From contig CM068754.1 in assembly GCA_035084275.1 (NCBI GenBank), forward strand, positions 13,082,001 to 13,146,000: a stretch of 64,000 nucleotides of DNA, in the 5' to 3' direction. The notes under the pieces are model-generated. The model had not been told where the DNA came from. It saw only the letters and a program-made list of their open reading frames with translations, and made no database searches. This DNA is from Hydrolagus colliei. Its lineage: Eukaryota. The translations under genes and the position numbers were made by a program. The stretch's first letter is position 1. Each line of letters opens with the position of its first letter. Shown here one piece after another: positions 13,188 to 26,739 of the stretch.

Positions 13188-15429
13188 AATATTGGATTCA
13201 ACAGGGGTACAGTCTAACTGGCAATTTAAATTTGGATACTCTTAAAGTATTGAATAGGAATTAGTCCGATTTGCTTATGGTGGTTGCACCCACATTTTTG
13301 GCTAGAATGGGATAGTGGCTTCTATTAAATAACATGTTGATGAGCAGGTACTGAGAATGGGGTAGAGAAAGAGAAACAGCATAAAGAACCCACAGTAAAA
13401 GAGAAAGCAAACACACTGTCAATAATAGTTGAAAATGATATGGTTGTTACAAGCGGTTTGTGCTCAAGAATCCTGAAGGGTGTGTTGAGAGCAGCAACGG
13501 ACATACCTACAGAAGAAGGAGACGGTGCTGATTGTGGTGAGGTTGGTGGTACATATATTGGTAAATGGCCAGGAGGTTTTTATCAAGATTGAACATTACA
13601 CGAAGGAGATGTGAGTGGATGAGGGACAGCTGAAATGGTCTCAAGACACACAGAGGTGATGAGGAGAGCAGGATGAAAGGTAACAACAGCTGAAAGGAAA
13701 TAGAGGCAATTACGATTTCTCTCCACACTTTTAGAGTCTTTTCCGTAGCTCAAAGATGTATGAACAATGAAGGCGGTTGTTAAGATGAGCTGCTTGCGGA
13801 CTTACAACGCTGAGCTAATCTATTAGAAAACCTTGTTCTGTTGGCCACAGGCTCTGAAAGTAGTTGGGCCTGGAAGAGGTTGTGGAATATTCTGTAACCT
13901 TAGGGTAAGGGCTGAAAAGTTTTGATTTTGTTTTGTGACTTAATGCACAATGTTTCATAGCAATGCACTTCAATAACCATCGTGGTGGCTGCTGTTATTA
14001 GTTTACTGCTATTATTGCTTTACCGCTATTATTGGTTTTCCCTGTCTTCTAATAATTCTAAATCAATGTGAAGCTCTGAAGGTTTTCTAAAACAAACTCA
14101 AAAATGTCTCCAGTTGCATCAATGCTTGCAGAAAGGATAATGAGCAGTTTTCCAACAAACGAACACAATATAGCAGAAAAGCGAGCCATTGAATCTCACC
14201 AATAATTATGCAGAAACACTTGCAATTGTTTCAATCATCGCATAGGTAATTAGTTATTTTCTGATTAGTATTTTTTTAAATTTATATTGATATTTTATTT
14301 TTTTACATGCATGGCACCCTCCTGACAGCATCAAATCTTAATCTGTATATTTTGTTTTTACAATAAACCTGGAAATGTTTGAATACCTCCATCTAGCTAT
14401 GACATTTAGTTTGTGTTTCACTCCTCCCCTCCCCGCCAACCTTGTTGTTGTTACAAAATCCTCTCAATTCGCAACTTCCCTATACTCCAGCGCTCTTTAA
14501 ACTTTCACATTAAAATTCCCTTTCTGTACCACAATCCATATTGGGTTCTATGTGTTTTCTTACTGTATTGCCAGTTTTTCTGCTTAAGCTGTTTCTCACA
14601 CCGCATTACAGCATTGCCTTAAGTTAGACACGTCAGTATTCTTCTAGGACTGCAAAAGCATCCATTTTGCCGCGCAGTCATTCTTTCCTTTCATTTATTG
14701 ATCAAAAGCTATGCTGGCACAATTTCCTGTAACATCAGATGGGATCCATAATGGGAATTCAATTTAATTCCAGCTATTTTTTTCAGTTTTATCCCTGACT
14801 ACTCAGTTATTGCAGAGGACTTAAACATTTCCCACCACATTGTGTCCATATTTTGCAAGCGCCAAAAACGTGCAGTCTATAGCCATTTTGTTGACAACCC
14901 ACGTTTGTTAGATCTCCAGCAGTGTGTAACACACAGCCTAGTAAATTGAGAGCAAAAAAAATTACTCAATTTTATTAACCTATACATTCCCTTGCACATT
15001 AAAAATCACATGCTTGATGCTCTATTATCTAAATTATACCATCATTGTATGAAAATCACTGCCAATTATGAGCTAAACTTCGCAATATTTTAAATTTGAG
15101 TATTTGTTTCTTCTTTCTTGAGCTCCTAAGCTAAATATTTGCTTGCTTTTCCTTTCCGCTCAGATAATCATGTCCTTATTCTCAACAATGGCAAATTCTC
15201 CACCGTTTGCAAGAAAAACAGAAAATATTGGACATGTATAACTACTTGACCGCTTCGTGAAAGAGAAGGTTCATATTTTAACTGTGATCTTTTGTGATAC
15301 TTTTGCCCACATTGCATTCCAGCTAATGTTATTTATTGCCTCTGACATCTATCAAAATAAATCTACCTTCAGCTTTCAACTCTTCCACAAGTGGAAAGAA
15401 AATAGTACCTTCTTTTTGAAGATCGTAGA

Positions 15430-16401
15430 ATCCTGTAGCTCAGTGGTTAGAGCACTCGCCTTCCAAGCGTGAGACCTATGTTAAAATCCAGGCAGCTCAG
15501 GGCAAAACCTTGGGCACGTTTCCTTACTCCACCTGCCTAATAATAATCCCTCCAAAAAAACGTACAATAATAAAATTGGTCATTTCAATCCACGACTGTT
15601 TGTGGGACACTGCTGTGCGCAATTGGCTGCCACATTTCGCTCACAAATATACAGTCAATTCTCTTTACAACAACAACAACAACAAATTACATTTATAGAG
15701 CACCTTTCACGTCGGGAGGACGTCCCAAGGCGCTGCACAGGAGGCGTGTGACCCGAGCTGAGAGGGGAGTGTTTGGGAAGGAGTAAAACACGAAGGGGAG
15801 GTAGAAAAATTCGGGGTGGAACAAAAGGCACGTTCGAAGAGGAAAGTCTTCAAAACGGCCTTGAAAGAGGAAAGGGAAGAAATGAGACGGAGGGATTGAG
15901 GGATGGCATTCCATAGGGTGGGAGTGGAGAAACTGAAGGCCCGGCCTCCGATGGTGGGGCGGTTCGGGCGGGGGGCTTGGAGCAGGCCAAGTCCTGTTGA
16001 ACGGAGGGTCCAGGTGGGCTTGTAGGGAGAAAGTAGATCGGTTAAATAGGGTGGGGCAAGGCCGTGTAAGGCCTTGTAGGTGAGGACGAGGATCTTGAAC
16101 TCGATCCTCTGGAGGATGGGGAGCCAGTGGAGACGGGCGAGGGTGGGGGTTATGTGGTCGCGGAGGCGGGTGCAGGATAGTACACGGGCTGCAGAGTTTT
16201 GGATGACCTGCAGCCTGTGAATGGAGGAACTGGGGAGGCCGACGAGGAGAGAGTTTCCGTAGTCCAGCCGTGAGGTGATGTATGCGTGCACGAGTGTTTC
16301 GGCACTTTACAGTATACTTTACAGTATATTCTGTGAAACACTTTGAGACGTCTAGAAGACGTGCAAAGTGCTATATCAAATTCAAGGATTATTATTATTA
16401 T
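15430..16401 (+). mobile_element. Full-length tRNA-derived Deu-domain SINE (SINE2-1_CM-like), split by an L2 insertion
   Basis: Head tcctgtagctcagtggttagagcactcgcc (A box) and Deu core gtgggacactgctgtgcgcaattggctgcc run to 15669. The element resumes at 16303 and ends in (att)n. Confidence 0.92.
15670..16302 (-). mobile_element. Young 5'-truncated L2 LINE (family A), RT C-terminal region
   Basis: Uninterrupted ORF 15707..16291: [15 protein letters not shown]...[25 protein letters not shown]...LWNAIP...[10 protein letters not shown]. CpG-rich, with a (TTG)n tail. Confidence 0.97.
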
Positions 16402-16933
16402 AGATCATTGTCCCTGTATTACCGCAGTTTCAACTAGTTCTGAATAATTGACCCGTTGAATTCTATTCTCATTTACCCTAACTTTCAGGTGGATTCCATC
16501 CAGTGACTCTTTTTAATTTCAGTCTATTGTCCATGTATTATTCAACACCAGTACAATTTTTTTGTAACACCATCCCTCATCAAGTATTAAATCACCATCT
16601 ATTTTCAGCAGTATATACTGCTCCTGGATTTTGTTTTAGTTTACAAATCTCCTGCTGTTTTCTATTTCCATGTTTGTCTCAGTTTTCTATCACAACATCA
16701 GACAACCTTTCTAAATTCAGTGCAAAATGATAAAATGTAAACATTTTTAAATGTATGTTGTACATTCTCAGTTCTGACTTTTTTTTACTTAGAAGGAGAA
16801 ACAATAACATTGGCTGGCAGCTAAAAAAAATGTTTCGTCAAAATTACTGGACAAAGAGACTACTGTATTTGCAAAACTTTGATCAACCTCATTGACCATG
16901 CCACCTTTTTTGACTGTCATTGTTGTGACAGTC

Positions 16934-16999
16934 GACAACAACAACAACAAAATGACACTTATATAGCACCTTTCACATCAGGAGGATGTCCCAAGGCAG
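16934..16999 (-). mobile_element. L2 tail-only insertion
   Basis: (caa)n followed by atgacacttatatagcacctttcacatcaggaggatgtcccaaggc. Confidence 0.8.
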
Positions 17000-19128
17000 T
17001 GAGTCAGATCAGAAACAGGGTGAACAAAGGATATTCAAAGGAGCAGAAGTCTCAGAAGAGGACCAGATCCTTGGGAGTGGATGGCCATAGCAAGACTGTC
17101 TTACCTTAAGTGGAACAGCTTTACTTGTGATTCTCCAAGGAGACAATCACTGATGCTTTCTAAATCCTGTATAATAATAGTTTTCTTCTGGGCATTTTAT
17201 TGGACAGAGTTACATAGTTCATTTCTTGCAAAAATAATCGGAAGTATATTTTTCACCTAATGCATCACTGTTTTGAAAAAACGTCTAACAGGTTACTACC
17301 AGAGCTTATTAGAGGTACAATTTTCATGCTGTTTCCCAGTTGAATCAGACTGTGAGCACTGAGGCATAGCCTCTCAGCACCTAATCTAAAACTCCCAGCA
17401 TTTCTTGGTACTCAAAATGTTCAATGAAGCATCTCTCAACCATCTACTGCTTTCCTCAACCACTTTACATAGTTAAGTCACAATATACTTAATTGTCTTG
17501 GAATTTCCAAATGCACATCCAGGCTAATTAAAAATAAGTAATTTATCCTAGGATGCTCCAAGCTTCTCCAGCAGCAGTTAATATATATTGCTTTATGTAT
17601 ATGAGGAGTAATTTATTCTATATGTTATTTACTAGCTTAGTGAATGTTCTTTTAAATTTTTTGCAAGATTTAGTAAAATGGGGCTTTTAAAAAAAATCAT
17701 TGATGCAAGTTTTGCACTCCTTGCCCCCTTCCCCCCTGCCGCATCTTCATTATCCCAGGATTCAGCAATGATGACACCACTCTTTGGAACTTCCTCTGTC
17801 TTTAAATCCCATCTAATCTCTTCAACTATGCATATCGTCATCTCTATATTATCTCATTCCAGGCATACAACAAGATCCCTATAAAATTATCTGAGATTCA
17901 TTCCTTTGTGAAGGATGGTAGTTAAATGCAAGTTGTTGTTTCATTATAGCAAAAACAATAATTTTAAGAATCCATATTTGATATACAGAATATCACTTGA
18001 GAGAAATTGAATGTCTCCCTTTAAAGACACTAGTAAAACTTAAGTATCAATTAGATAGAATTCAGGCAATATGTAACATAAAACATTATAATTATTATTG
18101 CACTTTCTTGACAATTTTAATTGGGATCTTGTGCTCCACTGCTTTTATTTGAGATTTTAATGTTATATTGTGTGGTTAAGTAGGTAATATTTTATGCTCA
18201 TCCATTTAGGAGCACTTTCCTTGATTTTGAAAAAATATTTTAGAAAGGAAATCTGCTGGAACATTGCATGTTGTATACATATTTATAAGTAAGGACGGTA
18301 TATTTGAATGTTGATTGTATCCATCTACTTTCATTTGTTATTTGTCTAGTACAATATCCTTAATGTTTCAATATGGCTTTTAACAGATGCAGTCAGTCCT
18401 CAACATTAGAAGTAATTTGGAATAATTGGCTGGATTTTATTTAATCATAATTCTAAAACAAACTTCAGGGGATAATAGATTGAATTGTGGGTGGATGTGA
18501 AGAACCAAAGGAAAACATTGATGCTCTATACTCTGACATTATAGGGGTTGAGTGGACAAATTTGGTCTGCTTAAATTTTATCCGGAGTACCCATTTTACA
18601 CGTAACCTAATGTGTGGAGGATGTGTAGATTAGATTGGGGTTGGATAAGGTGAATACTCAAGACTGTCAGTCATAAAAAAAGTTGATAATAATGTTTCAA
18701 TTTTGTAATAAGAGTCAATGTTTTCCCCTTTTTACAATAAGGATAAATAAAATGAATAGTATCAGAAGAGTAATAACAGATAACCAAAAAAACTGTTGAT
18801 AACAAGGAGAAATGCTGTTTCTTTTTTAATTACTTTTAGTCAAACTGTTCTTTTTTTAGTTATGTATCAAGAATGTAGAATATTCTAGACCAGATTGACC
18901 ATTAAAAGACTATTGTGCTGGATTGAAATTGTTATATCAAGCTCCATTAAATTATTTGGTCACATTTTTAATTAAAGCGATTTTTGTTTTCATTTGATGT
19001 ATACTGTATTAGGAACAATACCATATTCATTCTTTATTAATGAGTCATAGTTTTGAAACCAATTTGCTGTAGATCATTAATGCTCCTTCATAGAGCATCC
19101 ATTCATATCTCTTTGAGGCTGTGACATT

Positions 19129-19274
19129 AATCATAGAATCATAGAATTATACAGCAGAGAAGGAGGGCATTTGGCCCATCATATCTGTGCCAGCTCTTTG
19201 AAAAGAGCTGTTTAAATCAATCCCACCCCCCCACTCTCTCTCCATAACCTTGCAAACTTGTCCTCCCCAAATAA
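19129..19274 (-). mobile_element. CR1 LINE 3' end
   Basis: (catagaat)2 tail, and reverse-complement similarity to 28860-29002. Confidence 0.85.
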
Positions 19275-19952
19275 TTTAATCTATACCATCTAAACTCTGA
19301 ATGCTTTTGCATGAGGGCCATCAAGACAATTATAGGCCTGTTTTCTTTCCTGCTTAAAATTTTAGCACAGATATTTTCAAAAACAGCAATGTTGATCTGA
19401 TGGTCACTGATTCAGATGGTTGATCCTTTCACCATTTGGATTTATTACCACACATATATCAAGCTTCCAAAGGGGAGGATGATAATGCAGGAAGTCAATG
19501 TAAATGATGGGGTCTGAAGGAAATGATTGGTGAATGGAGAGAACCACAATGTTTTAGTAGCTGCTGATACCTGACTGCACGTAACATGCACTGCTTGTGA
19601 AAGAAATATATTGTGTAAAATCTTTCTCTCTACTAAGTGCAGTAATTTTGATGATGTCCTCTAACCAAACCAAAATGGCATTGTTAGCATTTAGCAACAC
19701 AAGGGAACATTGTAATCACACTGATGCCCTATAATCCAGATAAATTGTCAAAATGCCTTTTCAGTTATTTATTTTTCTCCATTTGGCCCTCTCTGTGCCA
19801 CATCATATTTACAGCTGGGAGAATGGGAGATAATCTGCTACTGGGCCTTGGCCGATGAGACTTTGAAACTATCCATAAAGTCACACTTGCATTGTTGCAT
19901 CAAGTAAACTTTTTATGATAGAATGTGGATCCATTTATTCTCTTCAAATAGG

Positions 19953-20053
19953 ATTATAATAATCCTTGCATTTGTTATAGTGCTTTTTACATCTTCTAAA
20001 CATCTTAAAGTGCTTCACAGAATATTTACAAATGTAATTTTGTTGTTGTTGTT
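19953..20053. mobile_element. SINE tail (-) abutting an L2 tail (+)
   Basis: ataataatccttgcatttgttatagtgc...gtgcttcacagaata is followed by aaatgtaattttgttgttgttgtt. Confidence 0.7.
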
Positions 20054-23000
20054 GGTTATTGCACATTTCAAATGCAAGAGCTGTTTTCCAGATATTGTAT
20101 TTGCATTTGGTAGAACAGTAATATTCAAAAAGGAGCACAGCAAGAAAGTACCACTGTCTTTAAATACAATTTTTTAATGGGAATTGCTGATATAAATTTA
20201 CTCCACTGGTTGCTTACATAGTGCCACATCCATCCTTTTGAAGTCACCCCACTTATTCCCTGCAATTTATTTTTCACCAGACACTATGCAGAGCTACAAC
20301 TATTTCATTGTCGTATTTCATTTGTTTGACATTTGCATCAGCAACATTCATCTACTTGTCTGACGTATACTTATTTATTTGCTGGTCATATTTGCATCCA
20401 ATGGTCTTGGTTGTCAGATTTACTGCAAAGTGTACACAAGAACTAATGAACTTCATCATTCCACAACCATTATTTTGTTCCTCTGCTTGTTTTAATTTGA
20501 ATTGAGTCAAAATATTGTAATATTTACCTAACTCTGTGAAATTAATCCTGGAGCCCTTTCAGGGTTCAGACCATAGGTGGTCCTATTAGAATTACATTTG
20601 ACTAATGATTAACACCCACCCACTCTTATGCTGTTGTCTGAGATGACTATTTAAAGTTAATGCAGACTGGTCACAATGTGCAGGTGTTCACACAGAGAAC
20701 AAGGAACCAATATCAATAACAAACAATATTGATCCTTATAAATAGTTCATTAACCACGACTACTTATAATAATTTTCAAAACTGTATTTCAGGTCATCAA
20801 TAAAAAAAATACTCTTAACTCGGTTATTGCATGTGAATTTACATGTTGGCTCGGTCTCAATGCTTGGTAGTTTAAAGATGTGTCACTTGGTAAGTAAACA
20901 CATTTGGTGTGGTACTTAAAATAATGGAGTTACATAAAATACACTGGATTTCCTCCTGGTGCAGTTAGCATTTATATGAAAATAATCCCAAATGCAGCAT
21001 GCTTAAAGTATACAATTGTTAATGCAGCATGTTATGAATGACCTTTGATGCTTCTGCAAAATGATTTTAGAACTCCAGCTTCATTATTTTGAGGCTATAT
21101 GTACGTATTAAAATGTTTTGCACAGTGACTGTGTATCACACTGACATGCTGCTAATTATATCAGCATTTGCTTATCTAATTGAATGCTGTTGCACTAGGT
21201 TACCCATACATCACCGAGTAAACTGCTCCAGCAAATATACAGTATAATTTAGGATTAAGCCAGCATTCTTTTGGATGGATCCCCATTTGTGACTCCTCTT
21301 GGTGAAGACAGTTTTAAAAATCAGTTTGACTTTCACCATTGCAATGTAAACAAGGCAGGTGTGAATTAACATGGGACTTTGATTCAGGTTTAATTTAACC
21401 TTATAAGACAAATAATTTTCAGGGACCACATCTGAATGTTATTACAGATCTAATAGCTCAAGTTGATGTTTGAAAAGGTAACTTCCAGTTTTTGAGTTTG
21501 TATTTCAAGTAAATAGAGCAGCTGGCTGCCGTTTATGCATTGGTGGGTTCATTTCACTCAAAAGAAATAATTCATTTACCTGTGGCATTTTTGAATTATG
21601 TGAGCCACTGGCAGTAGTGCTTTAATGAGTTTATTCCACTCCTGAGGAAGAACCCATAATTCAATTCTGTCTGTGGCACTTATGAATTATTGATCCTTCA
21701 CACTCATGAAATCTATCTATCGATACCCTGTTTGGTATAGGATTTTATACACGCATAACTAACTATTGATATGGTTATCTCCAATGACAGCATTAAAAGG
21801 ATATTTAAGAGAAGCAGTAACTTTTCATGAAAAGCTCTGTAACAAACTACCCTTTGTGTTCAACAGAGGAGAAAACCTGGATGTCTCCTTTACGCCAAAT
21901 GTAAGTGACATACTGATGATGGTTATCATGTTGTCGTGCATTTCTAAACCAATAAGTATCCCTGAACATGTCACATAGACACGACCACATTAAGGTTTGT
22001 CTAAAAGATATCAAGCTCAATGTGTGATTTTCCATTAGTATCTCTTTTCTCGAGCATGATTACATTTTCTATTACCCTGACCTTCACTATGTGAAATGGA
22101 TTTTAAACTAATTACGATTGGAACAAAGCAAAAAGTGCTTCAATTTGTTCCTCCTTCAAAGCATGGTGATAGAAAATGTTATTTAATTGATTTAAATCTT
22201 GTAAGTGAAAAAAGCAAAAAGACACATAATGTCATCAAATGTCAACATAAATACTGCACCAAAAGAACAGCTTTCCTTGTAGATTTGTAGGTTTTATACA
22301 GTAAAACGCCTTTTCAGTATTACCGGCTATATCAAATGGAGACATCAGAAACATTAACACGGAATAATCATTCCAGCAGGTGCAATTGAGCAGCACTACT
22401 CAATTCTAGCAATCTATGCAAGCTCCTTATTACTTCCATCTATGAATGCCATGTAACCATCGCAGCACATAACACTCCTCAACCCAAGGAGTTGCGTACC
22501 TCTTAAATAACTCTGTTCGGAAATTACATATTAAAAATATAAAAAACAAGAGTAGCATTTGTACTGAATGGCAGTTTGTGTGGTTGATTCATAGTCACAT
22601 GGATCCATTTCTGCTTGGCGCAGAAATATCACACGTTGCTGCTGCAAGGCTTTTCTGGAACACAGTTGCTTGAGCACAAATGCTGAAATGCTTTCTTACA
22701 TATCCTCCAGTTATCTGCGGGCATTTCTACTGCATCTGAGTGGACCCAGGTGCGGCTGCGTTGCATCAATGCTCATTACTCCCCTCAGTGCCTCGAGCAC
22801 CTGGGGAAGGAAGATCTGTCCACTCTGCATTCATATGTTATAAATCACTGATTCATTTCTTTTTGTTCCCACGTTCTATGAAAAGTATGTTGTTTTAATT
22901 TTTCTTGAATTGCAAAACTTTTCGCATGGAATTATAAGTTAGAGGCAGATGCTGGTTTTTTTTTAAGTGGTTTGAATAAAAGGAATACACGTCCTTCAAT

Positions 23001-24849
23001 TTCCAAGTTAACTTAATTGTTCTCTCCATAACTGGGAGACCATTCATGCTGTGTGTCCTTTGACCTTTTGGTATCCTTTTTTTAAATCTGCTTTGTGATA
23101 AGTAACATTTCCCCAAAGAGTCACTAAATAGACAACAGATAAAAATAGACATTTCAAGGAGCCCAATCCCATTCCCGTTGTATGTTTGCCTCCATTATTA
23201 AGCATGAGCTTTGAGGTTTCCAATGGTCAGCAACTCATACTTTCCGTCAAAATTATAACTGAATATGCTTGAATCAGTTAAAGAGCAAGAGGTTAGTGTA
23301 GTAGATCTTTCCTTTGGAATAGACACAACTTTGTGAATGTTTTGATACTTACCTCTTACACTGATGTATAAATTGTTGATGAATTCCAATGCAGGTGTTG
23401 ATGTGGAAGCTTCTCTTCTGTGAAAATGTTTAATTGAATGCATTTAAATATGAAACAACAATTCTTATTGGAACAAGGGACAGAACTTTTGCTCCATACT
23501 GAAATACAGTAAATATAATTAATTTGACATACATTTACAGTGGTGACATTGATGGCACAATTGAACTGAAAAGAGTACAAACTTTTTTTATCATTTGCAT
23601 TTTAGAAGTCAAATGTACATGTGTTGTAATTTCTAGAATGCAACTTGAACAATATCTCCAAAAAATTTGGAATAGCAGCAAGTGTCTCTTGTGATTAGGA
23701 ATATATTGCAGTGATTTTATTATAAAATGTATCCTTTGAATATTTCTTTGAGGCAATCTCAAAGTGAAAGCCTCCTGTTGTTACTTTATGCTTTTTAACT
23801 GGCAAACTGAGAGAGACCATAAAAAATTCTCTGTGCAGGTAACAAGTATCACTGATAACATGTGGTGACTTTGAGGGGCCTCATTCTAATGCAATTTATT
23901 TTTCAATTTTAGCTATAATTATGTTATATGAATTAAGGATCTTATCTCAATTTAAGTGAACTGTCATGAATGCAGTTGATGCTAGTTGACTGAATTTCTT
24001 GACATAAGTAATCACGCTCCTTCATCTAGTCAGTCTACATGGGGGAAAAACAAGTGACTGAGGAATAAAGATAGGTTCCCTCAGCACAATTGCCAAGCCC
24101 TTGTCTGGAATTTGAGTGGAAATGTTCAATCTCAAAAGGAGTTTCAGTCACCAGGAAAGGATATCTGTAGCCTCAGTGTTATTGAAATTACAAAAAAGGT
24201 ATGTAAATGGGAACATTAAATCAGTATTTTATTTTCCTTTATGAAGCCTCTGAACCAAGCTACGTTTTCCTATCTGTTTGTAAACCAGTGCTTTTTGTTC
24301 AAACTTTGTACTGCTGGAGAGCAATCTGTTTGTAGCAGACCAGGTTTGACTCGTTGACTCAGAGCATGGATACATATTTTATTTTTTCCCTTGAGAACTT
24401 GTGGGTTCAGGGAATATTTATGCAGATGTTTAAACATTTGGTTGTAGTCCACATTGACACATTTACACATGGTCTGTAGGGAACAAACAGCCTTTTTCTC
24501 CAAATCATGTCTTGGTATGTTCTAACACAATAGTTGAATCATTTCAGTTAAGTTGACCAGTACAGGAAAATCATTGCCAATTTAAAAAGAGGATGAGGTT
24601 GGACTAGAAAGCCATTAGCATTGTCAAGTGTTGATCAATATGATTGATATCACAGCATTTCAGAGATTTTTTTAAAAAAACTTTATTTGTGGGAAGGTGA
24701 TGCATTTAAACCAAAATTTATCTGGAAAACCGGATGTGTATACATGATGCAAAATACAATTTGAAATGGATATTGCTTTTACTCAGTCCATTCCTAATCT
24801 AAATATTGTACAAGTGAAAAGTGAGAATAGTAGTGAGTCAATGTGGAAT

Positions 24850-25487
24850 CAACAACAACAATAACAAAATTACACTTGTATAGTGTCATTTCCCAAGGCG
24901 CTGGACAGTCATTGTTTCAGACCCGAGCTGGGGTCGGGAATGGGGAAAGTGGAGGCAAAGGAGGAGATTTGTGGTGACCATCAAAGAGGAGGATCTTGAG
25001 GTGGGACTTGACACAGGCTAGGGAGGGAGTGAGAAGGAGGGACTGCAGGATGGAATTCCAGAGGTTAGCGCAAGAGTGGCGAAAGACTCACCTGCTGATG
25101 GTGAATCGGAGGATATGGAACAGGCCGGAGCCTGCTGAGGTAGGGGGTTAGGCGGTTGCAGAGGTAGGGAGGGGTGAGGCCATGGAGGGCTTTGATGGTG
25201 ACCACCAGAGGGGGTCACAGAGGTTGGAGCGGTAGAGGACACGGGCCCCAGAGTTCTGGATTATCTGCAGCCTATGGAGGCAGGAGTTGGGAAGGCCGAC
25301 AAGCAGGGCATTGGCATAGTTGAGCCTGGACGTGATGAAGACATGAATGAATGAGGGTTTCAGTGACCTGAGGGGTGAGGTAGTGGCAGAGTTGGGCAAT
25401 ATTGTGGAAGTGAGGGAAGGCAGAGCAGGTCATGGCTTGGATGTGGGGGAGGAATGACAGTTGAGGATCGAGGGTGTGATCCACATA
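24850..25487 (-). mobile_element. L2 LINE 3' fragment (family A), frameshifted
   Basis: ORFs give DPQLSFLPHI...NIAQL and IHVFITSRLNYANALLVGLPNSCLHRLQIIQNSGARVL; (caa)n tail. Confidence 0.95.
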
Positions 25488-26093
25488 CATGTGGATGTTG
25501 ATTCCATGTCTGTGGATGATGGCGCCAGTTTTATAGTGGCTAATTATAGAATTTCAATTTCTCCACATATAATCCTGTAAATCTGTCATGTATATTTACA
25601 ACATTTAAAGCTATTGTTTTAGTGCATTGAGGAAAACTTGTGGCTTATTTGTGGTTTTAATAGTGTGTGGAATTTCTACCAGGATGTTTTCACTCATTGC
25701 CTCGAGTCGTTTCTGACTTTCAACAGGATCTAATTGAAACTGCAACCCAATGGCTATTTAATACAATATTTTCCAACTTTGAATTTGGATTCCTGTGTAA
25801 TGAACTTTTTATATTGAATACATATCTTTAATATCTGATTGCTTTCTAAATGTGTTCTGGTCAGTTGGCCTTAGGTTGGACTACTGTCAGTTGTTTTGCA
25901 AGAAGTTATTTTCAAAATTATATTTGTGTTTACAAATTCTGAATCAGATATAATAATTATTTTGATCTTCACAACTTATAGCCTTTAGAATAGTTAAGTT
26001 GCTTGTCACTGTGCTAGTTCTGATGCTCCAATTTTGGCAATTTTGGCAACGTTGCCTCTATCCCGCTGAGTAGATGTAACAGACCATTTGACT

Positions 26094-26213
26094 TAATAAT
26101 AATAGTAATGCATTTGACACAGCGTTTTATCACTTCTTTGAGACATCTCAAAGCACTTCAATGAATATACAGTGAATTGACGATGCACTTTGCAAATTTG
26201 ATCTGGCTGCAGC
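26094..26213 (-). mobile_element. Deu-SINE 3' fragment
   Basis: (aat)n...tgcatttgacacagcgttttatcac...gagacatctcaaagcacttc. Confidence 0.7.
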
Positions 26214-26739
26214 TAAACTTTTCAAATCACAAATATAGCTAAAGTAAAATTGGTAAACACAAGACTATCCGCTTCCCACCTGACAAAGTGACGCCTGACC
26301 AAGTTGATTCTCTGTTGATTGTTTTCTGCTTTAGAAAACAATTGGATACTTCTGCTTGAGAACAGAATTAGAATGAGATTAAAAAATGTTAAGTTGGATA
26401 CATTTCTGTAATGTTTAGGTAATAAGAGAAAGTTATTTTTGGAGGGGTGGAGGTCAGATTTGATTAGTGAACCAAGCAGCAATGCATGACAAGTAATCCT
26501 GGTGTGCATTAATGAGCTCCAATTAAGTTTTGTAGACAGACAATTTGAATTGTTTAACTCCGGGAGAAAAAAGACCTGTGGAATTTGGTAGGAATTTGTC
26601 ACAGTTGTGGTATTTTACTGTCCAAACTCAAACATTAACTTTACAAATGGCCACAGTTTCTTCCTTAATATGTGCTCCAATGTCAGCCAACAATTTGGCA
26701 TTTAACAGCTGACGAGCATAACAGCTATTGGTTCTGAAA

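Noticed and set aside
15430-15500. tRNA genes at 15430, 44190-44261, 53233 and 62220-62291
   Set aside because: These are A/B-box heads that continue into SINE bodies and tails; no intact cloverleaf is evident.
15707-16291. 194-aa ORF as a functional or domesticated gene
   Set aside because: It is a 5'-truncated L2 RT C-terminus lacking the catalytic core and a true start; it is open because the insertion is young.
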